A DNA stretch of 64,000 nucleotides from an uncultured virus (IMG/VR IMGVR_UViG_3300009684_000029) (IMGVR_UViG_3300009684_000029), one strand, 5' to 3'. Positions 28,823 through 39,308 are shown, numbered from the stretch's first letter. Notes: generated by a model not told the origin, from the letters alone. Program-made: numbers and translations.

Positions 28823-30168
28823 CAGGTATTGCCACGATGGCCAGAGAAGTTATCCTAGGCACCTGCCACGTATTTGATTACGTTGTTATAGGAGGCGCCT
28901 TAACCCATCCCGAAGAAGGACAAATTATCGATCTTTCAGAATCTATTAAAACAGATACGGGTAAGATTGCAAATGTAAAATTATATCCAGTATCAGGATA
29001 TGGAACACCAGATTTAGTAAGACATTTAATTACTGCAGAAAATCCTGATTGCATTCTTCATTTTACCGATCCTAGATATTGGATATGGTTATATAATATG
29101 GAAAATGAAATACGTCAGCGCATTCCTATTACGTATTTAAATATTTGGGATTGTCCGCCACCACCAATGTATAATAAACCATACTATCAATCATGTGATT
29201 TATTAATGAATATATCTAAACAAACTTATGGTATTGTTCATAAAGTATTAGATGGTTGCAATTATGAAGATTGGCAAATTACCTATGTTCCGCACGGTAT
29301 AAACGAATCTCATTTCTTTCCAATATCAAAAGACTCGGAAGGATATAAAAGCGTCTTAGACTTAAGGAAATCATTCTTAACGGGTAAGAAAAACAAAGAT
29401 GTTATTCCTGAATTCGTATTTTTATATAATTCAAGAAACATAAGAAGAAAACAAACAGCGGATATTATATTAGCATATAAAACATTCTGTGATAAGTTAC
29501 CTAAAGAAAAGGCTGCTAAATGTGTATTAGTTCTTCATACTCAACCAATAGATGAAAATGGAACTAACTTAATTGAAGTTAAAGATGTTCTTTGCCCCGA
29601 TTATAATGTTAGCTTTACAAACAGAGCCTTTAATGTTCATGAAATGAATACTTTATATAATGCATCTGATGTATTAATAAATATTTCAAGTAATGAAGGA
29701 TGGGGATTATCAGCAACGGAAGCTATGATGTCAGGTATATGTACTATTGTTAATATGACAGGAGGTCTTCAGGATCAAGTTGGATTAATGAAAGATGATG
29801 GTACTTTATTAACAGCAGATGATTATAAAGAAAAGGATTGGCATTCAAACCATGATGGAAGATATACTAAATGGGGCAATTGGTCAAAACCAATTATTCC
29901 AAGCAATCGTTCTATTCAAGGCTCTGTACCTACTCCTTATATCTTTGATGATAGAGTTAAGTTTGAAGATGTAGCAGAGGCTATGTTTGAATGGTATAAT
30001 ACTCCAGAAGAAACTAGAATCCAATATGGATTAGAAGCTCGTCAATATTTAATAGATAATAAAATGAGCGCAATAGGTATGTGTGAGAATGTTATTACAG
30101 ATATCACTACCTGCTTAGAAAATTTCGAACCTAAAGAAAGATTTACTCTTTTAAAGCTTACAAAATAA
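28736..30168 (+). CDS. GT4-like glycosyltransferase; 5' segment (28736-28807) is out of frame with the body (28807-30168)
   Basis: Body has FTDPRYW, YVPHG, NSRNIRRK, NEGWGL...EA; the segment MLND...KILFLCDDP stops at TGA 28808, 5 nt short of RFSSG. Confidence 0.8.
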
Positions 30169-30193
30169 ATTAACCAAATAAATAAAAATAAAT

Positions 30194-30541
30194 ATGTTTC
30201 ACAGAATCATTAATTGGATTACGAATCCATTCAAAAAAGAAGAAGAAAAAATCACATTACCAAATGTAGCACCTTTATCAAAAGAAGTAAAAAATAAACT
30301 TATATCTGATTTAATTGAGGTAGCAAAGGAGTTTAAAGAAAAGAAAGAAGTAGAGTTAGATACATTACCTTTAACAAGAGTATCAAATGAAACTAAAGAA
30401 AAGATTGCTACTTTAGTAAAGGAAGATTTTAAATCAAAGAATACTTTAAACGTTGAGCATGAAGTGGTAATTACAGAATCTGCTCCTAAAAAGAAAAAGC
30501 GTTACTACAAAAAGAAAAAAGCAACAGATTCATCTAAATAA
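30194..30541 (+). CDS. Hypothetical protein with basic tail
   Basis: 115 aa; KKKKRYYKKKK. Confidence 0.6.
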   Translation: MFHRIINWITNPFKKEEEKITLPNVAPLSKEVKNKLISDLIEVAKEFKEKKEVELDTLPLTRVSNETKEKIATLVKEDFKSKNTLNVEHEVVITESAPKKKKRYYKKKKATDSSK

Positions 30542-30555
30542 TCTATAAATCAGTT

Positions 30556-31890
30556 ATGACATCAAATAAAAAGACTATCGTGCTGCAGGCGCCAATCTCT
30601 ACCTGTAGTGGCTACGGTGCCAGAAGTAGGGATATTGCGAAAGCATTAATAGAGAATGAAAACTATGATGTTACGATTATCCCTACTAGATGGGGTGATA
30701 CACCTCAAAATTTCTTGAATGATAAAGATCCTTTGCATCAAGAAATACTTAAACGATTTGCAGCCCCTAATCAACAAATACCTCAACCTGATACCTTTAT
30801 TCAGATTACAGTTCCTAATGAATTTCAAAAAGTCGGAACGCGCAAATCTATTGGTATTACAGCAGGTATGGAAACTACATTAGTAGATGCAGCTTGGATA
30901 GAAGGAAATAATCGTATGGATATGGTTCTTTGTTCTTCAAAACATTCAACAGAAGTAATGAAATCTAGTAAGTATGATAAAATGGATCAGAACACTAAAC
31001 AAAAGGTTGGAGAATTAATTTCTGAAAAAGAGATTGACATTTTATTTGAAGGAATAGATTTTAATATCTATAAGAAGATAGAAACCATTAATTTTAATGT
31101 AAATGCTTTTATTTCGCAGATACCAGAAACATTCTGCTTTTTAGTTGTTGGGCATTGGCTTCAAGGACAAATGTGGGAAGACAGAAAAAATATGGGAGGT
31201 ACTATATATACTTTCTTAAATGCTTTTAAAGGTAAGAAGAATGTACCTGCATTGATACTTAAAATTAGTTGTGGCTCATATTCTGAAATAGATCGTCAAG
31301 AAATTCAAAAGCGCGTTAATCAAATTAAAAAGATGTTTGATGACGAAGGAATAAGAATACCTAATATTTACTTATTACATGGTGATTTAACGGATGAAGA
31401 AATGAATTCATTATATAATCATCCAAAGGTAAAAGCTATGGTGTCTATGACTAAAGGAGAAGGATTTGGAAGACCGTTAGCAGAATTTGCAGTTACAGGA
31501 AAACCAATTATTGTTTCTCAATATTCAGGTCATATGGATTTTCTTCCTAATGAAATGGTTATGTATGTTCCAGGTGAAATGAGACCAGTTCATGCATCAG
31601 CAGTTATTCCTAATTTAATATTAGCAGAATCGCAATGGTTTATGCCTAATCCAGCAATCGTTGAAAGATATTTAAATGATACTTTTGAAAATTATAAAGT
31701 AAAATTGGAATCATCTCGTAAGCTAACTAAATACTTAAAAGATAATTTTTCTTTTGATAAGATGAAAGAAAATCTTTATAATTATATCGATGCTCCCGTT
31801 AAGGTAATAGCACCGAAGCCACAAATGCAACAATTGAAGTTACCTCAAATCAAAAAAATTGAGCTACCCAAATTAAAGAAAATAGATTAA
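30556..31890 (+). CDS. GT4-like glycosyltransferase
   Basis: SGYGARSRD, VGHWL...DRKN, KGEGFGRPL.EF, SGHMDFL. Confidence 0.88.
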   Translation: MTSNKKTIVLQAPISTCSGYGARSRDIAKALIENENYDVTIIPTRWGDTPQNFLNDKDPLHQEILKRFAAPNQQIPQPDTFIQITVPNEFQKVGTRKSIGITAGMETTLVDAAWIEGNNRMDMVLCSSKHSTEVMKSSKYDKMDQNTKQKVGELISEKEIDILFEGIDFNIYKKIETINFNVNAFISQIPETFCFLVVGHWLQGQMWEDRKNMGGTIYTFLNAFKGKKNVPALILKISCGSYSEIDRQEIQKRVNQIKKMFDDEGIRIPNIYLLHGDLTDEEMNSLYNHPKVKAMVSMTKGEGFGRPLAEFAVTGKPIIVSQYSGHMDFLPNEMVMYVPGEMRPVHASAVIPNLILAESQWFMPNPAIVERYLNDTFENYKVKLESSRKLTKYLKDNFSFDKMKENLYNYIDAPVKVIAPKPQMQQLKLPQIKKIELPKLKKID

Positions 31891-31891
31891 T

Positions 31892-32395
31892 ATGATAAAA
31901 CCAAACTTAACAGAAACCATTCCTTGCCCTTGCAAAAATGGCGGTAATGCATTTAAAGACTCATTCGATAGAATCGAAGTTTCTTTATGCAGTACTTGTG
32001 GATTAATGACTACTTCTCAATATCAAGAAGATTCAGAACAAGTATTAAAGATTAAAGAATTATGTCCTCCCGAAATAATGCTTATAAGTATATTAGATGA
32101 TAATAACTTTAGATGGTTTCCATCGGTAATACCTTATTCAAAGAAGGGTGTTATTTATGCAGAGCCTAAAGGTAAGAATCAATTTAATTGGTATGTAGCT
32201 CCAGTAGTTAAAGTAGCGGAAGCAGAAGGTTATTTATATATTAATCCTGCTACTAATACTCCTTATGAAAGACGTATTGCGCAAGAACAAGCTATTATAT
32301 TTGATAAGAATGAATTTATAAAAGCATTGGAGTTATCAGAAATAGATGAAGCTAAAGATTTATTAAACCGAATTAACCAAATATTTAATAATTAA
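31892..32395 (+). CDS. Hypothetical Zn-binding protein
   Basis: CPC...CSTCG, RWFPSVI. Confidence 0.65.
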   Translation: MIKPNLTETIPCPCKNGGNAFKDSFDRIEVSLCSTCGLMTTSQYQEDSEQVLKIKELCPPEIMLISILDDNNFRWFPSVIPYSKKGVIYAEPKGKNQFNWYVAPVVKVAEAEGYLYINPATNTPYERRIAQEQAIIFDKNEFIKALELSEIDEAKDLLNRINQIFNN

Positions 32396-32399
32396 TATT

Positions 32400-32651
32400 A
32401 TGAATGAATCACAATTTATACAATGGCTTAAGGGCTATTTAGATGGAAGAAAAGTATCTGCAGGAGAAAACACCTTATCTTTTGAGTTAGCTACGATCAA
32501 ACATAATTTAAGTATGGTATATACAGATCCTAACCCTAAATATAATATTGAGTCTAGAGATACAAACGGGTATAAAATCTATGTTGATGGTATTGATGGC
32601 CGAACAACAAACTCATCTAATACAGTAAATAAAACAATACTAAAAGGGTAA
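32400..32651 (+). CDS. Hypothetical protein
   Basis: QFIQWLKGYLD. Confidence 0.65.
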   Translation: MNESQFIQWLKGYLDGRKVSAGENTLSFELATIKHNLSMVYTDPNPKYNIESRDTNGYKIYVDGIDGRTTNSSNTVNKTILKG

Positions 32652-33205
32652 TGATAAAACTTAAAAGCTTACTTAAAGAAGCTAAACCAGAAACCCATGA
32701 ATATGGATGTGTAATGTTATATTTTACCTTTCCAGAAATAAATACTATTCATCATCTTATTGATCAAAACGATATCTATACTGATGATAATGATCCTTCT
32801 TATGGATTAGAAGATGAACCTCATATAACATTATTATATGGATTACATCCTGAAGTAACGGTAGATCAAGTAAAGCACGTATTAGATGGACATGTTTATT
32901 CTACTTGTAATATATTTAATGCTTCCGTATTTAATAACGAAAAATATGATGTTTTAAAGTTTGATGTAAGGGGTGAAGGATTAAATGATACTAATACAGC
33001 ATTAAAGGCATATCCTTATACAAGTAATTTTCCTGATTATCATCCTCATCTTACAATTGGATATCTTAAAAAAGGAACGGCTCAAAAATATGCTGATAAG
33101 ATTAATAACATAATGCCCAAAGGATATCAGTTAGTTCCTAAGTATGCAGTATATTCTGAATCAGAAGGAACGAAAAATCAATTACCAATACATACAAATC
33201 AATAA
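32651..33205 (+). CDS. 2H phosphoesterase (T4 57B/Acb1-like) with MIKL leader
   Basis: Two HxT motifs: PHITLLYG and YHPHLTIGY. Confidence 0.8.
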   Translation: MIKLKSLLKEAKPETHEYGCVMLYFTFPEINTIHHLIDQNDIYTDDNDPSYGLEDEPHITLLYGLHPEVTVDQVKHVLDGHVYSTCNIFNASVFNNEKYDVLKFDVRGEGLNDTNTALKAYPYTSNFPDYHPHLTIGYLKKGTAQKYADKINNIMPKGYQLVPKYAVYSESEGTKNQLPIHTNQ

Positions 33206-33532
33206 ATGAATAAAGATAATAATACAACACCAGAGACTATATATGTAGTTCAAGCATCGTCTGGAGAATGGGATTCATATCACGAATGGGTGGTAGGAGT
33301 ATTTGATAACCTTAGAATGGCAAATACTTTAAAAAATACTTTAGATGCAAAAGCCGAAAAAATAAAATCTGAATGCCCGATCAAATATTCGGCTAATTTG
33401 ACTACATCTCAAGTTATGTCTGAAGAAGATGAAAAAATATATTGGGACTACTATGCTTTACATCAAACCGAAATGGATTGGTGTGGAGTACGTATAGAAG
33501 AATGTTATTTAAATATACCAATAGAATACTAA
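33206..33532 (+). CDS. Hypothetical protein
   Basis: IYVV..SSGEWDSY. Confidence 0.65.
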   Translation: MNKDNNTTPETIYVVQASSGEWDSYHEWVVGVFDNLRMANTLKNTLDAKAEKIKSECPIKYSANLTTSQVMSEEDEKIYWDYYALHQTEMDWCGVRIEECYLNIPIEY

Positions 33533-34168
33533 ATGAATATATCATATTGCATAACAGTGTGCGACGAGCATGAAGAATTAGATTTATTATTAAATCATAT
33601 GTTACCTTTATTAGAGGAAGAAGATGAAATTATAATACTTAGAGACATAACAAAAACTAATAGCAAGGTTACTAAGGTAATACTTAAACATACACCATTA
33701 TTTGGCGATCGTATACGAACTATCGAAACTTCACTTAATAAAGACTTTGCGGCATTTAAAAACAATTTTATAGACGCTGCAAATGGCGAGTATATATTTC
33801 AAATTGATGCTGATGAAGTACCTAATGAATTCTTAATAGAAAATATAAAACCAATTCTTAATATTAATAGAGATATAGATGTATTTTATATTCCTAGAGT
33901 TAATAAAGTAACTGACATTACTCAAGAGCATATTCAAAAATGGGGTTGGAGATTTGATGAGAAAGAAAGAATAAATTATCCTGATCCTCAAATGCGTTTA
34001 TTTAAAACAAATAAAGGAATCAAGTGGAAGAATAAAGTTCATGAAGTATTAGATGGTTATGAAACTATGACTACGCTTCCTTGGGAGGAGCATGAAGACT
34101 TTTGCCTTTATCATATTAAATCGATTACAAAACAAGAAAAACAAAATAAATTTTACGAGACAATATGA
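33533..34168 (+). CDS. GT2 glycosyltransferase
   Basis: ISYCITVC.E, DFAAFKN, IFQIDADE, VHE. Confidence 0.9.
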   Translation: MNISYCITVCDEHEELDLLLNHMLPLLEEEDEIIILRDITKTNSKVTKVILKHTPLFGDRIRTIETSLNKDFAAFKNNFIDAANGEYIFQIDADEVPNEFLIENIKPILNINRDIDVFYIPRVNKVTDITQEHIQKWGWRFDEKERINYPDPQMRLFKTNKGIKWKNKVHEVLDGYETMTTLPWEEHEDFCLYHIKSITKQEKQNKFYETI

Positions 34169-35076
34169 ATAAAACATTAATCACAGGAGGAAGTGGAATG
34201 GTAGGAAAATCTTTAATAAAGTATTTACCTAACGCTATTTATATATCTTCTAAAGATTATGATTTAACATCAGAAGAACAAATAATCCAAATGTTTAATC
34301 ATATTAAACCAACAAATGTACTTCACCTAGCAGCAAAAGTAGGAGGAATAATACATAATATAAAATATCCAGCAGAATATTTTGAAGATAACATTTTAAT
34401 GAATAGTTTATTACTTAAACATTCCTATTTAAATAATGTAGATAGATTTATAGGAATATTAAGTACATGTGCCTACCCAGATGTAGTAAAAAATTACCCA
34501 ATACTAGAAAAAGATCTACATATAGGTCCACCATCACCAACTAATTTTTCATATGGATATGCTAAACGGGTATTAGCAGTTCAAATAGATTCTTATAATC
34601 AACAGTATAAAACTAAATACCAGTATTTAATACCTTGTAATTTATATGGAGAATTTGATAAAATGGGTGATAATAGTCATTTTATAGCAGCATTAATTAA
34701 AAAAATACATAATGCTAAAATTAATAATGAAAAAGAAATATTTTTATTTGGAGATGGAAGTCCTTTAAGACAATGTATGCACTCAGATGATTTAGCTTAT
34801 GTTATAAATTATTGTTTAGAAAATAACATTTATGATAATATGAATGTGTCTGTAAATACTAATTTATCAATATTAGAAATAGCTAAAATTGCTCTTAAAG
34901 CTTGTAAAGCTGAGAATATAAAAATAAAATTTGATACAACAAAACCAAATGGACAATACAGAAAAGACGTATCTGTTGATTTATTAAAAGAAAAAATTCC
35001 ATCATTTAATCCTATCAATTTATATGATGGAATTGAAAAAACATATAATTACTTAATTAAAAATAATAAATTATGA
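34165..35076 (+). CDS. GDP-fucose synthase/ColC-like epimerase-reductase
   Basis: TGGSGMVG, HLAAKVGGI, STCAYP, YGYAKR, PCNLYG, KPNGQ. Confidence 0.9.
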   Translation: MNKTLITGGSGMVGKSLIKYLPNAIYISSKDYDLTSEEQIIQMFNHIKPTNVLHLAAKVGGIIHNIKYPAEYFEDNILMNSLLLKHSYLNNVDRFIGILSTCAYPDVVKNYPILEKDLHIGPPSPTNFSYGYAKRVLAVQIDSYNQQYKTKYQYLIPCNLYGEFDKMGDNSHFIAALIKKIHNAKINNEKEIFLFGDGSPLRQCMHSDDLAYVINYCLENNIYDNMNVSVNTNLSILEIAKIALKACKAENIKIKFDTTKPNGQYRKDVSVDLLKEKIPSFNPINLYDGIEKTYNYLIKNNKL

Positions 35077-36254
35077 TAAATTTAGTTCAAGACACTATAG
35101 ATAATAAGGATATAAACCAATTAATTAAATGGTTAAAAACATATCCTAGACTTACTAAAGGTCCATTAACACCTCAATTTGAAGAAAAATTTGCAAAATG
35201 GATAGGAAGCAAATATTCAGTATTTGTAAATTCAGGATCTTCAGCTAATTTATTAATGTTATATGCTTTAATAATATCTAATAAACTGAAAAATAAAAAA
35301 ATAGTTGTACCTTCATTATCATGGGCGACAGATTTAGCTCCTGTAATTCAATTAGGATTAGAACCAATATTAGTAGATTGTAATTTAGATAATTTATCTG
35401 TTGATACTAAACATTTAGAAGAAATATTTGCTAATGAAAGTCCTTCATGTTTAATATTAGTATCAGTTTTAGGACTTAGCCCAGATATGGATAAAATAGT
35501 TAAATTATGTGATAAATACAATGTTATTCTATTAGAAGATAATTGTGAGTCTCAAGGTACTAAATATAAAAATATTAAATTAGGTAATTTTGGATTAATG
35601 TCTTCATTTTCAACATATTTTGGTCATATAATGAGCACTGTTGAAGGTGGAATTATTACTACTAATGATAAAGACATATATGATACTTTAATACAATTAC
35701 GAAGTCATGGTTGGGATAGAGATTTAAATAAAGAAAAACAAACACAACTAAGAAATGAATGGAATGTAGATGAATTCTCAGCATTATATACATTTTATAT
35801 CCCTGGTTTTAATTTACGTCCAACAGATATAAACTCATTTTTTGGAATAAATCAATTAAATAAAGTTGATAAATTAATAAAAAAACGAAATAGTAATTTT
35901 AAATTGTTTAAAAAATTATTAAAAGATAAAGTTTGGTTTCCTAAAGAAACAAATAACACATACACATCAAGTTTTTGTATTCCTATAATAATGAACAGTT
36001 CATTAGAAAAAGAACAATTAATAAAGATACTAACAAAAAATAATATAGAATGTAGACCATTAATTTCAGGTTCTATGGGTAATCAACCATTTTATAAAAA
36101 AATATATGGCATTAAAAAATTACCTAATTGTTCTATCATAGATGATAGAGGAATATACATTCCTAACCATCCAAAATTAAGTAATGAACAAATTGAATTT
36201 ATGTGTAGTCTTATAATTAACTTAACAAATGAAAGTAAAAGCAATTCATTTTGA
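35073..36254 (+). CDS. ColD-like GDP-4-keto-6-deoxymannose 3-dehydratase (DegT fold)
   Basis: VNSGSSANL, EDNCES; STYFGHIMST.EGG has His and no Schiff-base Lys; RSHGW. Confidence 0.75.
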   Translation: MINLVQDTIDNKDINQLIKWLKTYPRLTKGPLTPQFEEKFAKWIGSKYSVFVNSGSSANLLMLYALIISNKLKNKKIVVPSLSWATDLAPVIQLGLEPILVDCNLDNLSVDTKHLEEIFANESPSCLILVSVLGLSPDMDKIVKLCDKYNVILLEDNCESQGTKYKNIKLGNFGLMSSFSTYFGHIMSTVEGGIITTNDKDIYDTLIQLRSHGWDRDLNKEKQTQLRNEWNVDEFSALYTFYIPGFNLRPTDINSFFGINQLNKVDKLIKKRNSNFKLFKKLLKDKVWFPKETNNTYTSSFCIPIIMNSSLEKEQLIKILTKNNIECRPLISGSMGNQPFYKKIYGIKKLPNCSIIDDRGIYIPNHPKLSNEQIEFMCSLIINLTNESKSNSF

Positions 36255-37032
36255 TATAGAACAATATTTACATTCTTGTAAAGATATTGATTTTTCATTA
36301 TTCTTAGAAACTATTCCTGAAACTCAAGACGAATTATCTTCTATTAATATAATTTCTATTCATGAACCAAATGAATATTTTGGTAAACATGATTGGATTA
36401 TTCAAAATAAAAATTTATTTGATGTTATATTAACTTGGAATGATAAAATATTGAATACATGTGAGAATGCCATTTATTTACCATTTGGTCATACTTGGTT
36501 TAAACCTGATCAATATAAAAAAAATCATAAAAAAGAATTTAAGGTAGCTCATTTAAGAGGAAATTTACTTAAATCATATGGGCACCAAATTCGTTGGGAA
36601 ATCTTAGATAGAAAAGATGAAATTAAAATACCTACTAAATTTTTTGATGTATATGGTGATAGACATAATATTGAAAGAGCTAGAATAGATAAAGAAGAAG
36701 TTTTTGGAGATTCAATGTTTGGAATAGCCATAGAAAATTTTTCACATAGGGGATTTTTTACAGAAAAAATATTAGATTGTTTTTTATTAAAAACCATTCC
36801 TATTTATTGGGGATGTTCTAATATAGATACATTTTTTAATAAAGATGGTATTATTAAATTTGATAATGTGGATGATTTTATTTATATTTCTAATAAATTA
36901 ACAGAAGAGGATTATTTTTCAAGAAAAGATATAATCGAATGTAATTATCAATTAGCTCTTGAATATGTTAATTATGAACAAAATATAGTAAATAAAATCA
37001 CCGAAATTTTTAAATTAAATGACCTTATATGA
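36229..37032 (+). CDS. GT10-like (fucosyl/colitosyl) transferase
   Basis: FGIAIEN....FFTEKILDCF...TIPIYWG. Confidence 0.75.
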   Translation: MKVKAIHFDIEQYLHSCKDIDFSLFLETIPETQDELSSINIISIHEPNEYFGKHDWIIQNKNLFDVILTWNDKILNTCENAIYLPFGHTWFKPDQYKKNHKKEFKVAHLRGNLLKSYGHQIRWEILDRKDEIKIPTKFFDVYGDRHNIERARIDKEEVFGDSMFGIAIENFSHRGFFTEKILDCFLLKTIPIYWGCSNIDTFFNKDGIIKFDNVDDFIYISNKLTEEDYFSRKDIIECNYQLALEYVNYEQNIVNKITEIFKLNDLI

Positions 37033-38342
37033 AAGAAATCTTAGAATTAGTAGAAAATTATATTAAAGAAAAGCATTCCAATAAAAAATGGGAAGCAGGA
37101 AAAGATTGGGTTCAATATGCAGGCCCATACTTTGATTCACAAGAATATGTAGCTGCTGTAAAGTCTTTATTAGGAGAATGGTTAGTATTAGGTGCTGATG
37201 CGATTAAGTTTGAAACTAAATTTCCAAAGCTATTTGGTAAAGAATATGGTTTATTAACTAATAGCGGGTCAAGTGCTAACTTATTAATGATGTTAGCTCT
37301 TACATCTAAAAGAGGATTAAATCTTCCAAAAGGAACTAAAGTAATTACTCCTATCGCAGGATTTCCGACTACTATTAATCCAATATTTCAAGTAGGATTT
37401 ACTCCTGTATTTGTTGATATTGAATTAGATACTTTAAACTTAGATTTAAATGGAGTTGAAAAGGCATGTATTGAAAATCCAGATGCTAAGATTATTACTT
37501 TTGCCCATGTATTAGGTAATCCGCCTGATATGACACGATTAATGGAAATAGTAGAAAAGTATAACTTAATCTTATTAGAGGATTGTTGCGATGCTTTAGG
37601 ATCTACTTACGAAGGTAAACCATTAGGATCATATGGAATGTTATCAAGTTGCTCATTTTATCCCGCACACCATATGACTTTAGGCGAAGGAGGATTTGTA
37701 GCTTGTAATGATGAAGCAACAGAAAGAATCATTAGAAGTTTTAGAGAATGGGGAAGAGGATGTTATTGTGTAGGTAAGCAAAATTTATTAGAGTGCGGAA
37801 CATGTAATAATAGATTTAGTAACTGGCTACCTTCATTGCCAAATGATATATTTGATCATAAATATACTTACGAAGAAATTGGATATAATTTAAAGCCAAT
37901 CGAAATGCAAGCTGCTATTGGCTTAGTTCAAATGGAAAAGTTAAAAGAGATTGGCGAAAAAAGAAGAGAAAATTATAAGAATTTATTTGAAGCTTTTAGT
38001 AAATATGAGAAATACTTTCATTTACATAAAGCTCAACCAGGCGCTGACGTTGATTGGTTTGCATTTCCAGTTACTTTAAAAGATTCTGCCCCATTTAAAC
38101 GATCAGACATCTGTCAATTCTTTGAAGCTAATAAAGTGCAAACCCGTCCATACTTCGCAGGTAATATAATGCTGCAACCTGCTTATTCCGGTATAATGGA
38201 TCCAGAGAAAGTAATTAATGATTATCCTGTTGCTAGAAAAGTAACTACCGATACATTTTTCTTAGGCACGTCACCAGTGATTGATAAATTAAAAACAGAT
38301 TATATTGAAAGTATATTAGATAAGTTTATTAATACATTATGA
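37029..38342 (+). CDS. rfbH: RfbH/DdhC NDP-4-keto-6-deoxyhexose 3-dehydratase (E1)
   Basis: SFYPAHHMT.GEGG, Fe-S Cys motif WGRGCYC...C..C, DHKY. Confidence 0.9.
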   Translation: MKEILELVENYIKEKHSNKKWEAGKDWVQYAGPYFDSQEYVAAVKSLLGEWLVLGADAIKFETKFPKLFGKEYGLLTNSGSSANLLMMLALTSKRGLNLPKGTKVITPIAGFPTTINPIFQVGFTPVFVDIELDTLNLDLNGVEKACIENPDAKIITFAHVLGNPPDMTRLMEIVEKYNLILLEDCCDALGSTYEGKPLGSYGMLSSCSFYPAHHMTLGEGGFVACNDEATERIIRSFREWGRGCYCVGKQNLLECGTCNNRFSNWLPSLPNDIFDHKYTYEEIGYNLKPIEMQAAIGLVQMEKLKEIGEKRRENYKNLFEAFSKYEKYFHLHKAQPGADVDWFAFPVTLKDSAPFKRSDICQFFEANKVQTRPYFAGNIMLQPAYSGIMDPEKVINDYPVARKVTTDTFFLGTSPVIDKLKTDYIESILDKFINTL

Positions 38343-39304
38343 TAATTAATAAACGAGCTTTAATTATAGGTATAACTGGTATGGTTGGCAGTCATTTAGC
38401 GGATTTTTTATTAGCTAAAGGCTATCAAGTATATGGTACAACAAGAAGTGATATAAAGGATGTAAATCTAAATAATATAAATAATATTAAAGATAAGATT
38501 ACTTTAATTAAAGTAGATATAAATAACCAAACTGATATAAATTCAGCAATTGAAATAAGTAATCCAGATGAAATTTATAATTTTGGAGGTATTTCATTTT
38601 CACCAAATAGTTGGATATCTCCAGAGTATACTGCTAGTGTAAATGGATTAGGTCCATTGCGAGTATTAGAAGGAATTAAAACTTATAATACGAATATTAA
38701 ACTTTATCAAGCTAATAGCAGTGAGATATATGGTAACTTATCAAATATTATTGTTGACGAGTGTACTATTCCAAATCCAAAGACTCCTTATGGTATTGCA
38801 AAGCTATATGCTAAATGGATGATAGATCATTACAGAAAGAACCATAACATTTTTGCTTGCAATGGAATAACATTTAATCATGAATCTGAAAGAAGAGGAT
38901 TACAATTCGTAACCAGAAAAATAACAAGAGGCGTAGCAGACATTTATCTAGGAAATATATCTTCAATTGAACTTGGAAATTTAGATATCTCTAGAGATTG
39001 GGGCTATACTCCAGACTATGTAGAAGCAATGTGGTTAATGCTTCAACACAATAAGCCAGATGATTATATTATATGCACTGGCCAAATGAATACTTTAAAA
39101 GATTTTTTAAGAATAGCATTTGAAAATATAGGAATTACGGATTTTTCTTCTTATATTAAAGTAAATCAAGATTTTATACGTAACAATGATATAAATCTTC
39201 TTCAAGGTAATCCCAATAAAATAAAAAAGGAATTAGGGTGGGCATCGACAACAAATTTAGATACTTTAATTAGAAAAATGGTTATTAACGATATTAAAAT
39301 TTAA
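38339..39304 (+). CDS. gmd: GDP-mannose 4,6-dehydratase
   Basis: GITG..GS, YQA.SSE, PYG.AK, FNHES.RRG..FVTRKI, LGNLD..RDWG. Confidence 0.9.
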   Translation: MIINKRALIIGITGMVGSHLADFLLAKGYQVYGTTRSDIKDVNLNNINNIKDKITLIKVDINNQTDINSAIEISNPDEIYNFGGISFSPNSWISPEYTASVNGLGPLRVLEGIKTYNTNIKLYQANSSEIYGNLSNIIVDECTIPNPKTPYGIAKLYAKWMIDHYRKNHNIFACNGITFNHESERRGLQFVTRKITRGVADIYLGNISSIELGNLDISRDWGYTPDYVEAMWLMLQHNKPDDYIICTGQMNTLKDFLRIAFENIGITDFSSYIKVNQDFIRNNDINLLQGNPNKIKKELGWASTTNLDTLIRKMVINDIKI

Positions 39305-39308
39305 AATA

